Positions 23,421 through 35,510 of a stretch of 64,000 nucleotides of DNA are shown here, piece after piece. The position numbers and the translations under genes are program-made. The stretch is from Laetmonice hystrix (lineage: Eukaryota): positions 4,464,001 to 4,528,000 of the forward strand of contig OZ249450.1 in NCBI GenBank assembly GCA_965235115.1, given 5' to 3'. The notes beneath the pieces were generated by a model, which ran no database searches, was not told the DNA's origin, and saw only the letters and a list, made by a program, of their open reading frames with translations. The first letter of the stretch is position 1, and every line of letters begins with the position of its first letter.

Positions 23421-24944
23421 ATTGTGTCGAAAGAATGATAACTCCTCGCAGTATATTACAGCCTCAACAACTTCCTATTTCCTACAGTGAAACCCTTTTC
23501 AAACAAAACACAAGTCTAAAGGCTCAGATACACAGAGCGATTTTTAGATACGGCCGATTTTTCCCCGGAGGAAAACTGGGCCTTAAAACGGAGCTGATCG
23601 ACGAGGGTAAATTGGGAGGGAGGAAATCAGTATTTGCTTGTCACAATATATGTCCATATTAACACATGCGTCAAGTTTTTGAAAACTGAACCTAAAATCC
23701 GTTTAGATATGCATACTAATGTGCACGGACAATACAAGTTAGGAGAATCCAGAAAATCCGCCAAAAGGAAGGTCGGAGAAAAGGATCGACCAGGAGTCAG
23801 GAAATTGCATAAGGAAAAAAATGTTAAAATGGGGTTTAGTCCCCACCCGCCCCGAATCCGCATAATATGCGGAATTTCTAATGCTGTGCCTTTTGTCTGT
23901 TCGTACAGGCGTTATCTGATTGGCTGCGGGCGTGCTCATCACAGATACAAATATCTTGTGACCAGCGCCCTCTACAGGAGAGGGCTGGATTGAAGGCCCG
24001 CCAGCGCGCATGCTCACCAATGGTCTCAGAGAGAGGCGCTCGGCGAGCCAGACGCCCGTAGCAGCGAGACGTTGGCTGAAGACGCCGTGCCAGCAGACAA
24101 CACAGACGCAGGACACGCGACACAATCAGCCGGCGACCACCCCGATCTGTGCCTGGTCTACAGCAAGGAGAGAGCATCGGCTGGACAAACTACTGCTCCC
24201 GTTACCACGACCCGGTGGTCAATCTCATCTCGGACACAGCAGCAATTGGACAAGGTACCACCTGACGGTTCCCCATCCTCCAAATATAGGATTTACCTCG
24301 CGAATATAGTATATTGATATCTGTATATGCCGGCTTGCGATTCGAACTTGGCTGGAGCATTGGACTTTGAAAACAGCAGGGCAAGGTGAATGTTGCTGAA
24401 CTGGATGGAATAGTGAAGGGCTTACCTGGACAAAACTGTGGCCAAGGCCTAACGGTATAACTGCTGCGCTGGGATCTATGCAAAGGTAAGTTAATTATTC
24501 CATTGCAATCAGAGATAATGTTACATATCTTCTCGTTAAAGATATGATATGTAAGGCCATGTGAGATATATGTAAGATATATGTACGTTAGGACTTAATG
24601 CACTAGTTTGAGCGTTAACCGCAGGAATGTGCACCTAAATAGAGAGATAGGTCAAGAAAGTTCGACATTGTCATTTCTATGGACCACATATAAAAAAGGG
24701 TACTTCGTATCTGGGACACACAAACGCACCTATTGTCGCATATCCTTTTTGCTATCCTGTAGTATATGCTTGATCGTGTGATTTATGTAGTGTCGAGAAG
24801 TATGTACCCCGCCTTGTATAATTTCAAACAGGTCAAGTACTTTGTCAAAATGTATGTAGCCTGTATCCCCGTTATCTCTGCTTACCGCATTGGTTGACAA
24901 ACCTTCACCTGTGGAGCGGAAACAAGACAGACGCTGTGACTTAC

Positions 24945-25024
24945 CGCTGTGATCCGACTGTTTGGTCAGACGTAGATCTCTTACAGTATCTCGATAAGTT
25001 CCCATGGTAACATCTTCATGGAAT
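24945..25024 (-). CDS. Candidate internal exon (80 nt, phase 2/1), unknown protein
   Basis: tttttaccgacag|...CACAGCG|gtaagt with strong splice sites. The single open frame is FHEDVTMGTYRDTVRDLRLTKQSDHS. Confidence 0.45.
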
Positions 25025-25054
25025 CTGTCGGTAAAAATATATAACACTGTTAAA

Positions 25055-25658
25055 TATATCACTGTTCCGGTCCTGGCGGTAAAAACTCACAACTATATCA
25101 CTGTTCCGGTCCTGGTGGTAAAAACTCACAACTATAGCACTGTTCCGGTCCTGGCGGTAAAAACTCACAACTATATCACTGTTCCGGTCCTGGCGGTAAA
25201 AACTCACAACTATAGCACTGTTCCGGTCCTGGCGGTAAAAACTCACAACTATAGCACTGTTCCGGTCCTGGTGGTAAAAACTCACAACTATATCACTGTT
25301 CCGGTCCTGGCGGTAAAAACTCACAACTATAGCACTGTTCCGGTCCTGGCGGTAAAAACTCGCAACAATAGCACTGTTCCGGTCCTGGCGGTAAAAACTC
25401 ACAACTATAGCACTGTTCCGGCCCTGGCGGTAAAAACTCACAACTATATCACTGTTCCGGTCCTGGCGGTAAAAACTCACAACTATAGCACTGTTCCGGT
25501 CCTGGCGGTAAAAACTCGCAACAATAGCACTGTTCCGGTCCTGGCGGTAAAAACTCACAACTATAGCACTGTTCCGGTCCTGGCGGTAAAAACTCACAAC
25601 TATAGCACTGTTCCGGTCCTGGCGGTAAAAACTCACAACTATAGCACTGTTCCGGTCC
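25055..25658. repeat. Minisatellite, 39-bp unit x~15.5
   Basis: Unit CACTGTTCCGGTCCTGGCGGTAAAAACTCACAACTATAG. It produces the repetitive ORFs 25004-25669 and 25016-25699. Confidence 0.97.
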
Positions 25659-26083
25659 CCAAACCTTAATCTATACCCTACTACCGGTCCCCAAACCATA
25701 ATCTAACCCCTACTGCCGGTCTCCAAACCATAATCTAACCCCTACTATACCGGTCCCCAAACCTTAATCTAACCCCTGCTGCCGCTCCCCAAACCTTACC
25801 CTAACCCTACTCCCGGTCCCCAAACCTTAATCTAACCCCTACTCCCGGTCCCCAAACCATAATCTAACCCCTACTCCCGGTCCCCAAACCATAATCTAAC
25901 CCCTGCTGCCGGTCCCCAAACCTTAATGTAACCCCTACTCCCGGTCCCCAAACCATAATCTAACCTCTACTGCCGGTCCCCAAACCTTAATCTAACCCCT
26001 ACTTCCGGTCCCCAAACCATAATCTAACCCATGCTGCCGGTCCCCAAACCTTAATGTAACCCCTACTCCCGGTCCCCAAACCT
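25651..26083. repeat. Minisatellite, ~32-bp CCCTAAC-rich unit x~13
   Basis: Unit approximately CCGGTCCCCAAACCTTAATCTAACCCCTACTC, directly fused to the 39-bp array via a shared CCGGTCC. Confidence 0.93.
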
Positions 26084-26664
26084 GAATAAAAACTGATCCC
26101 TATCCCTGCAGGGTCGTAGCCTGGCCCAAATACGCGGGTGAGGGGCAGTGTCTCCTTAGCAGGGACCAGGTGTCAATAACAGTGTTAATGCTGGGGATAC
26201 CATAAAAAAAACCTGGAAATCCCAGGGGGCCGCTGCCCCCTTTCCCCCCAGACTTTTGAGGGAATGTTACCACGAGGTAATTACCAACTTTTCGACCTTT
26301 AAGCACGACTCGCTCGGCTCGACCAGAGTGTCAGCATCAGACAACGCATCTCAAAAAAGGTCAGACTCATTTGGACGTCAGTTGTTAGAGAAAACATCCC
26401 AGAAACAGACTAAGTGCATACCTACCATCGACCCTATATGTACATGAAGCCAGGTGTACGCGCACTGCCTTCAGGGTGTATGCTAGATATATTGAAGTCA
26501 CAATAATACAACCAGGGATATGAGGCGGAGAGGTTGATTAATGAACCCAACCACATTACATGTATGTGGTTGGAAGGCCGAGGTATTATGGTGCCACCAG
26601 CAGGCACAACATGCTACCATTGTTATGGTCAATCCGCCAATGTGACTTTATGGATAAAAATCAC

Positions 26665-26746
26665 CATTGTCTGACAGGCAGGCGGAGTCTGGTTCTATAT
26701 CAGTACTCGCCACACTGTCGACAGATCGTCTATTCCGATGTATTTG
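26665..26746 (-). CDS. Candidate internal exon (82 nt, phase 0/1)
   Basis: tttcag|...AATG|gtgatt; reads QIHRNRRSVDSVASTDIEPDSACLSDN. Phase matches the candidate at 27290-27359. Confidence 0.28.
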
Positions 26747-27289
26747 CTGAAATTGGACATGGGGAAATTACCTACATATTCCTCCGTTTAATCTTGATGT
26801 ATGATATATCACGAAACAAAAATATTGATGAATGAGTTCAACGGGGAAAAAGTCAAATGCTTTTAAAAACGAGGGCATGAAAAAGGTAATTTATATTCGC
26901 ATTACAGGAGAACTTTGTGTGTGTGCGTTGCTGAGAAAACCTGTAATTTTAGGACAATATTTAAAAAAAAAAATATTATATGAGTTATTGCCCAAAGTAC
27001 ATCTTTAGCTCCGTTTGTATATAAACGCTGAACATTACATTTGACAAGTTCTTTTTTTCGTAATCCCGGGGTTTTTTTTTTTTTTTTTTTTTGGGGGGGG
27101 GGGCGTATTTCCCTATACCGAGGGTCATTCCAAGCGGGGGTGAATGAGTTTATTGAAGGACAGTTCCTTGAAGACCACGCAATGGGCCTTACAGTGATTG
27201 TAGGGAGCGTCTCGGTACAAACACTGCACTATGTACCAGTGTGTTAGTGCACCTACAACAAGAACTGGGTGACGTCTTTCACTGGTTAC

Positions 27290-27359
27290 CCTTTGTGAAA
27301 GCGGCCCTGTGATAGCAAGAACGTACACCAGCGTGTACCTCGGGGTGCGTGTCATGTAC
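27290..27359 (-). CDS. Candidate internal exon (70 nt, phase 2/0)
   Basis: tttttgtggttacag|...AAAGG|gtaacc; reads YMTRTPRYTLVYVLAITGPLSQR. A second frame is also open. Confidence 0.3.
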
Positions 27360-27502
27360 CTGTAACCACAAAAATACATCATCTATTACAGCTTGCATGG
27401 CGACGTGTTTTTTTGGGTAGAACTTTCGCAATTAAATTATTACTGAGAGAGAAAGAGAGAAGCGAAAAAATAACGAGGGAGAAATAAAATAAGAGGAAAA
27501 GA

Positions 27503-27700
27503 TAATACTAGCAAGCAGCAAAACATATGTAATACTAGCAAGCAGCAAAACATAAGTACTACTAGCAAGCAGCAAAACATAAGTAATACTAGCAAGCAGC
27601 AAAACATAAGTAATACTAGCAAGCAGGAAAAGATAAGTAATACTAGCAAGCAGGAAAAGATAAGTAATACTAGCAAGCAGGAAAAGATAAGTAATACTAG
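27503..27700. repeat. Minisatellite, 27-bp unit x~7
   Basis: Unit TAATACTAGCAAGCAG(C/G)AAAA(C/G)ATAAG, with two variants in blocks. Confidence 0.92.
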
Positions 27701-27947
27701 TAAGGGGCATACGATTATTGTACGTTGGATGGACGACGGGTAGATCTAAAATATTCAGTCAGGGTGAATAAACGCCACGATTTTCAGTTGGGGGCGGGGC
27801 AAAGGCGTTTTTAGTTCCGTTTTTAGTGATCCACGGCCCGTTTGGGCCCCCCGTATCGCCCATGACCAACGACTCCGGGCGACACTGTCCAGACGTAGCA
27901 GTATGAACAGAACGCTATACGTATACATTATAGAAAAAATACATGAC

Positions 27948-28016
27948 CTCCTACAGATCCGGCGACTGGGGCAGGTAGAAAAAGGTGAGACGTTCCAGAT
28001 GTATTGCCACGCTTTC
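27948..28016 (-). CDS. Candidate internal exon (69 nt, symmetric)
   Basis: cccttgtcaccag|...AGGAG|gtcatg; reads KAWQYIWNVSPFSTCPSRRICR in the phase-2 frame. The donor is weak and another frame is open. Confidence 0.22.
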
Positions 28017-28779
28017 CTGGTGACAAGGGTTGTTTACAATGTTACTACTAGTTACACCAGGAGATATTGCACGCTGATTGGCCAATACGAGGAGTCAAGG
28101 GAGCAAGTCCTTGTTTGGCTTCCCAACTCAGAAAAATATCACAAAAACGGTCGATTCACAGAGAGTCTTGAAAACGTTTTTGTCGTTAGCTGGGTGATTC
28201 TGGAGTGGCACAAATATAAATCCATTGACTGGTGATATGAAAATGTGCTAAAAGGGCGAATTAACAGATGCTAAATCATGATTAGTTTTAACGCAGGGGG
28301 CTGACATTTAAAAACATATTATATTAGGGTTTAATGAAATATATTCCTGGGGAACGTGTGGGGTGATAGAATTGGTAATAACAGCAGTGTTATATTCCAA
28401 GATAACCAAATGAAAGCCAGGTCTAGAAACCCAACCGGTGCCACTGTTTGCTCCAAAACTCTCAAAACAATTATGGAGAGAGTATGGATATATTGGTGAG
28501 GCTGGGTGGCCCGGGGCGGAGGGATAGCCGCATTACAGCGCGGCGGAATATAGTCCCTGATCACCCGGGTGAAAACATGGGGTAAAGTATAGTGAATGAT
28601 GGCCAGTGGTTTCGACTTCAGCAGACACGAGACTCTAGCAGATACACAGACCACCATAGATTCATACCAGCCTACCAATGGGCCCTGGTCATAGTGTATT
28701 AATATTTGATATATTAATACCAATATCTTTTAGCGTTATGGGCATCGCACAAAGGCGTTTAGCACTTGCTTATGGGATC

Positions 28780-29395
28780 TCATTGTAAATATAATATATG
28801 AGGCTTATATACCTCCAGGCAGACTGCGGTGTCATGAAAGAAAGGAAAATTATAATATTTACTCGGTTACAGTTGATGGCAGATAGAGGGCTTCGCTGTA
28901 AGAAGTTTTTTGGTATTATTTCTTTCAATAGAAATATATTAATCATACACATAGGACATGAAGGGAGACTCTAGGTCTGAGGTTATAATTAACTCTGGGG
29001 TCAATCACGTCATTCCGCCAGGGTATGGACAGCTTGGGGGACAGCTTGTGTTATAGGGAACTGAATATACAAGAGTTGAAGACGTACATCTTTGAGTTTT
29101 GTACAAAAGCAACCATTAATATTTGTTAGTGTATCTGCAGAACGTACCACAGTACACTTATATGGGGTCTCTAAGATTCCCAATACAGATTCCCAACTTC
29201 TCAAAATGATCTTATTCAAGGATTCCCCATTTCTCGAAATTGGTAACATTTCATGTTCCGATGTCCCCAAATTCACTGTGTGTTTTCACGTATTGTCAGA
29301 TTTACAAATTCATAATCATATAGCCCCATTTTTATACTATATATTCCATGTTCATAATTGTATTTGGAGCATATACCGTGTTCCAAAATAACCTC
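28780..29395 (-). mobile_element. Possible decayed L1/Tx1 ORF2 C-terminus and 3' end
   Basis: AT-rich. Minus-strand translation gives KYNYEHGI..KMGL (cf. FQYKxLHxI...KMG) and later ..KMYVF (cf. KxYIF), in the order of the zf-RVT region. Highly degenerate. Confidence 0.33.
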
Positions 29396-29452
29396 TTTGG
29401 GCTCCGTCTCCCGAGCCTACAAATCCAAGGGAGCGGCATTAGTACCATAGTA

Positions 29453-29468
29453 GCCACCAGGGGGCGTT
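29453..29468 (+). promoter_or_regulatory. CTCF-like motif
   Basis: GCCACCAGGGGGCGTT closely matches the CTCF core CCACCAGGGGGCGC. Motif match only. Confidence 0.3.
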
Positions 29469-30322
29469 CCACTAACAGTGTCTGCGGCTGAAGACCAACT
29501 CCTGCAACCTTGACTCTCGGCCTCGCCAGGACAAAAGTAGGATTTCAAATGTCTGTCGTTCAATGTAGATGTACGCTGCTTTGTAATGAGAGTTATAATG
29601 ACATATTGCAAAACATCTGTTTGTAGATGTTTAAGCAATACCCTGGAGGGTTGGAACCAGGACGGTCACCGTAGATACCCATCTATACATACAGACACAT
29701 ATATAAAAAAAATACCTTTAAACACATGTTGCAATGTGGAATTTCAATGTTAAGATAGTATCTTTAAGCCAGTAGCTATGAAGTACTTTTAAGATCCATG
29801 GCCACGTTTTCCCCCAATAGTCTTTTCTATTTTTTTATATTTTCTCCATCCTCACGGGAGAGCCTACGGTTACCTTGGGAGATGGGGTTATGTGAATGTT
29901 TTATCCAACAGGGCACAGAAGTTGTACACAGACTGGCGTATTTTGCCAGTCGGACCCAGGACGCATGTCTCCAAGAATTTGACAGTATGTTAAACATGAA
30001 CCTTTTATGAGCGCTGTTCCCTTTGCTATGGTCAACGAACTCAGTAAACGTTACTCTAACTCGCTAAGGTCACGATAGCAAGTCATGCAGACTTCAAAGG
30101 AATACAGCACCGAAAGGTTGCCACCAATGATCTCTACATTATCATACATACCTTTCTCATCGACATACTTCGTGTGCCATGAATGGAAACCATATATCAT
30201 AACACCCTCCCTCCTTCCCCGGTCTAGATACGCTCTCTAACATCAAAACATGCGATTTCATGACCAGGCTTGGGGTAACACTTTTAACAGTCTATAATGG
30301 GTCTCATTGTGTCAAGTAAATC

Positions 30323-31695
30323 ATATCGCACTTGATTGGTGACAAACCTCTCGACATGAGGATATCCCACTTGATTGGTGACAAACCTCTCGACATGAGG
30401 ATATCCCACTTGATTGGTGACAAACCTCTCGACATGAGGATATCCCACTTGATTGGAGACACACCTCTCGACATGAGGATATCCCACTTGATTGGAGACA
30501 AACCTCTCGACATGAGGATATCCCACTTGATTGGTGATAAACCTCTCGACATGAGGGTATCTCACTTGATTGGAGACAAACTTCTCGATATGAGGATATC
30601 CCACTTGATTGGAGGCAAACCTCTCGACATGAGGATATCCCACTTGATTGGAGACAAACCTCTCGACATGACGATATCCCACTTGATTGGTGACAAACCT
30701 CTCGACATGAGGATATCCCACTTGATTGGTGACAAACCTCTCGACATGAGGATATCCCACTTGATTGGTGACAAACCTCGAGACATGAGGATATCCCACT
30801 TGATTGGTGAGAAACCTCTCGACATGAGGATATCCCACTTGATTGGTGAGAAACCTCGAGACATGAGGATATCCCACTTGATTGGAGACACACCTCTCGA
30901 CATGAGGATATCCCACTTGATTGGTGACAAACCTCTCGACATGAGGATATCCCACTTGATTGGTGACAAACCTCTCGACATGAGGATATCCCACTTGATT
31001 GGTTTATTATAAACCTCTCGACATAAGGATATCACACTTGATTGGTTACCTCTCGACATGAGGATATCCCACTTGATTGGTGAAAAACCTCTCGACATGA
31101 GGATATCCCACTTGATTGGTTACAAACCTCTCGACATGAGGATATCCCACTTGATTGGTGACATTAGACAAACCTCTCGACATGAGGATATCCCACTTGA
31201 TTGGTGACAAACCTCTCGACATGAGGATATCCCACTTGATTGGTGACAAACCTCTCGACATGAGGATATCCCACTTGATTGGAGACACACCTCTCGACAT
31301 GAGGATATCCCACTTGATTGGTGACAAACCTCTCGACATGAGGATATCCCACTTGATTGGAGACAAACCTCTCCAGATGAGGATTTCCCACTTGATTGGT
31401 TACAAACCTCTCGACATGAGGATATCCCACTTGATTGGTGACAAACCTCTCGACATGAGGATATCCCACTTGATTGGTGACAAACCTCTCGACATGAGGA
31501 TATCCCACTTGATTGGTGACAAACCTCTCGACATGAGGATATCCCACTTGATTGGAGACAAACCTGTCGACATGAGGATATCCCACTTGATTGGAGACAA
31601 ACCTCTCGACATGAGGATATCCCACTTGATTGGAGACAAACCTGTCGACATGAGGATATCCCACTTGATTGGTGACAAACCTCTCGACATGAGGA
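30323..31695. repeat. Minisatellite, 39-bp unit x~35
   Basis: Unit GACAAACCTCTCGACATGAGGATATCCCACTTGATTGGT. It explains the overlapping repetitive ORFs on both strands at 30.3-31.7 kb. Confidence 0.98.
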
Positions 31696-32395
31696 CTACG
31701 AGTGCCGGTTGCTGTTTATAACCCCCGTTAATTGACCAGACGTGAATGGTGTGTGGTCGGAGGGTCTGGCGCTCGAGGAGCTGTCCACCGACCGTTTACC
31801 AGAGGGCTGGTCAGCAGAGTGGATCTCGCAAGGGGTTCGGACTCTGGTGGAGGCAATGATAGCTGCGGCATTGCGCCACACAAGGGTGGATGGAGGTCTG
31901 AGGCTGGGAAGGGTAGGCTCGTCTAGGTAAGGGGCAGCATACGCCCCCCCCCCCCCCCGAAAAAAGTGGATTTGCTCCCCTGGCGTTTGTTTTTCTGTTC
32001 AGGGAAAATTAAGGGTCCGTACCCCCATGAAGGACTCTGCCGCCTGACCCGAGGCTGTGGGCCGGGGTAGGGGATGTCCCTCTAGTCGGCTGAGATCTGA
32101 CAAGAATCTTGTACGACTGTTGCCAAACCAAGGGACCAGTGATACCCGACTGGGGCACTGGTTACTCAAGTTGGGCAATCTGTCCAACTTACGAATCCTG
32201 AAATTTTAACACGGCACAAACCTTATCAAGGGCCGTGAAAATGTTTCCCCCGTTTCCTTTCTTCAATGAAAGGGGGGGGGGGGGCAAACGACGGCGCCGG
32301 TACTTTGGCAAAAAGTCGACCCTGCCTGCAACAATGTCTGCCTGTCATACAGTAGACGAAACGTCATGCTGCCATGACTTTATTCACAAACAAAC

Positions 32396-32469
32396 CTAGG
32401 GATGTGGATGGAGTACTCAACCTTCTGACCTTCGCGCCATGGTGGAGAGAACGACTCGTGCCAATACAC
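32396..32469 (-). CDS. Candidate internal exon (74 nt, phase 0/2)
   Basis: ctcggtcgttctgtcag|...CCCTAG|gtttgt; reads VYWHESFSPPWREGQKVEYSIHIP. A second frame is also open. Confidence 0.33.
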
Positions 32470-35381
32470 CTGACAGAACGACCGAGAGACATTCTCACAT
32501 CATATCTGAAATGATATCAAGCGTGAATGAAGTTTGTGCGAGGTAGGCCTATGTAACCAAGGCTGGGGCCAACATGGCTTGTGGTTAAGTTAAAATTTTG
32601 TTTACCAGAATCGTATGCAGTTCATTAATTTAGCTGAATGAACATAGTCGTACACTGCCTGCACACACATGTAACATTTGTAGAATGTTTTACTCATTCT
32701 GGTAACGTTTTATTAAAGCCAACGGTCCACTGTCTCAATTTAGTTCCCATCAAAAATCTTTCCAGTCATATTACGGCAAAATTATGCATATTTTCATCTA
32801 AAATTGTTTAAAATATATTTCGCTATCTTATTTAGAAGACACTGGACGCCGGCGTTTTAAGCGGCTGTTCTCAGATATTTTATTTTGCCTGTATAACATT
32901 GCAGTCAGTTTAGCATATGTTTTGTCCGTGAAGTCAGGCTGCAAATACAACAATATGTCATGGCCTTCTCCGATGTCTGAAAGCAATACTTCAGGGGAAG
33001 CATCAAATAACTTTGAGTCTAATTCTTGAAACAATTTAACGTTGGGTCCATGTATAATAATACTCGATTCAAATATTGGCAGAGTTTCTAGGGATACAAT
33101 TTATTTAAACATCACTGATTTCTAGGACGTCTGTTGTTGAACATCGCCAGTGAACTCATTACTAGTCTGGCTGACTTAACACAGGAAACAGCTGGAGGAG
33201 GAAAATATACTTAACCCTTCGTCTGCAGTTGTGCTCGAGGCTCCAGAGCTGTTTAGTCAACATGAATAGACAATCAAATCAACAAGAATAGAAAATAAAA
33301 GTCTCAACTGCGGAGAAATCAAATTGGAGGCCACATCTTTTGACAGGACCTTTGCTGGCAAGTGTGTATATCTCGACCATGTTTGTGCAAGAGTGTGTGT
33401 ATGAGAGAGAGAAGGGAGAGAGAAAGAGAGAGCAACAAGCACATCGTACAAAGACCTCCTCTCTGCCAACGGGAAAATGCGCATATTCATCCGTTGTTGT
33501 GACCAGAAGAAATTCAATATTAAGCTCAAGCCAAGACTAATATTTTCCTAAGCGGTGAATATATCTGGTAAGTGTAGGATTTGGTGCCAGTGGATCCCCT
33601 ACTCTTCCGCATGCGTGTGGCTCTCACGTCGTCTTGACCGGAGGTTTAGCTCGACAAGATATCTTTCAACGACCAGGAAATCGAGATCCCATTCGGTAAA
33701 TACATAGAATATATGAACAAGCCTAGCATTGTAAGTGAATAAAGTTGGACTGGTTTATTAACGGTGAGAGGGTTGTGTAGGTGTAGCTGAGACCAAACTG
33801 TGAGGGACTCCTGCTGGGAGTCTGGTCTGGACTCAGTCTCACATGCTAACGGTTGCCCGCGCAATCACCCAACCAACGTCTGCAGTTAAACACATGTGCC
33901 CGGAGCTTTTATATGAACGGCAGACGGTTTCTTTACGTGCTGCTTAACTGCATTCAAACTGGGCAATATCTTTTGAGTTTGGTAGCAGGAAGTTTCCGGC
34001 CGGGCAAACATCGCTTGCAGTCGTTTACAGTCGACGTACGACTAGAAGGCGGTCATCATCAGCAGACAGCCTGCTCAGACTTGGCTCCTTGCCAACCGTG
34101 GCAGAATGCTCAGTCGTTCAGATATGTCGTGCCGTTTAAACTTCAGTTTAGTCTCCCGTAATTCAGAATTTTAACAGGTTCTGTGTAGTCCCTAGGGCAT
34201 GCATGTTAGACACTCGTATACTTTCACTTGATACAACATCAAGCGACCCGCTCAGCGAGTTTGTTATTTATTAGGTAGGGTTGGAAGTTTCAATGACATA
34301 ATTGTGTACAGGAAGATTGCATTGTTATGATGCGTTTCTTAATTTCCATGGGATTATTTGACGATTCAATCATTTTGACTGTTCGTGACTAAATCTACCC
34401 ATGAACATGTTATTTGAACACTGCATGAGTCTGAGTTCCATTCATGCAGGGAACGTAAAGAGAAAATGTAAAGGTTAAACTGGAAGGAACAGTTTTATGG
34501 CATTTGTGTGAAATTCCTATAGTGTGCAAAGTCCTCATATAACCGGACAGGAAAGTATAATATTCTGCTGCATGCTTATCGTTTCTCTCAAGTCAACCTT
34601 GCCTCCGCTAAGTGGTCATCTTCGAAAGACGAACCAAACGTCCTTGTGGAGGAAATAAAGAAATACCAAACCTGACAGTACCCTAGCCTTCCTGTCCAAA
34701 TACACACTTGAATGCATGTACAAGATGAAAGTGTAAAATGTTTCCAGACATGCTATCGTACATCGTAACGGCCTTTTTGTGTACGCAAGAAATGGGACAA
34801 ATCAGGGAAATTAAGTGGCAATTATATTATAATAGTACAGGCCCATAGGAAGGAATCGCTGTGGTTGGGAGGACAGGGGGAGCAAAGGGGGAAACGTTTA
34901 GCCCAACAACGACATAAACATGCGACCCGTTCGTCAGGAAATCAGACCAGAGCGAGTACAATGGTATCAAAAAGTACATTGTGTGCTACCATCGCTCGGC
35001 GGCGCTGGCCCCTGCTATATACAATGTACTATATACCGCCTGGTGTCGACTGTTGTTAAAGGCTATGATCAGTCGCTTCCAGGGCTAGGTCGCGTTACAA
35101 CCATAGCTCGATTATTATATATTATATACCAGGGCGGTGCGCTGTATGGACTGACAGCGAGGACAGCGGTAACGGTTGAAGATAGAAAAGGCGGCGGGAC
35201 GAGTGGTGGATTTAACCTTTAGGGGAGTCCTCACTCCCGCTGTGGGCCACTATACCTGTCACTACCTGCGCCGTACATTAACTTGAACTTTGACTTTGAG
35301 TCTGATATATGAAATCACGACAGAGGTTCATCCTACGACGGGGTGTCTTGTAAAACGCCCGGGAACATCACTGTGGCACAC

Positions 35382-35510
35382 CTGGGAGCAGGAGTGTCGC
35401 CATTCAGGAGTTGTCCGGCTGCTGTCTTTGTGGTATTCTCTCATTATAACGGCAAGTTCTTTACTTCGTACGGTCCGCTTGTTCAACGTCAGAGGAGGAG
35501 GAGGAGAAAA
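35382..35510 (-). CDS. Candidate internal exon (129 nt, phase 0/0)
   Basis: cttctctatacaaag|...TCCCAG|gtgtgc; reads FSPPPPLTLNKRTVRSKELAVIMREYHKDSSRTTPEWRHSCSQ. Acceptor position is uncertain. Confidence 0.25.

Noticed and set aside
32828-33100. AT-rich minus-strand ORF (FQELDSKLFDASPEVLLSD...) as a gene
   Set aside because: No clear donor, upstream in-frame stops and no recognisable domain. It may be a transposon remnant but cannot be assigned.
33470-33575. Superficial resemblance to the 28S rRNA 5' end (gcatat...taagcgg)
   Set aside because: There is no contiguous match to conserved rRNA sequence on either strand.
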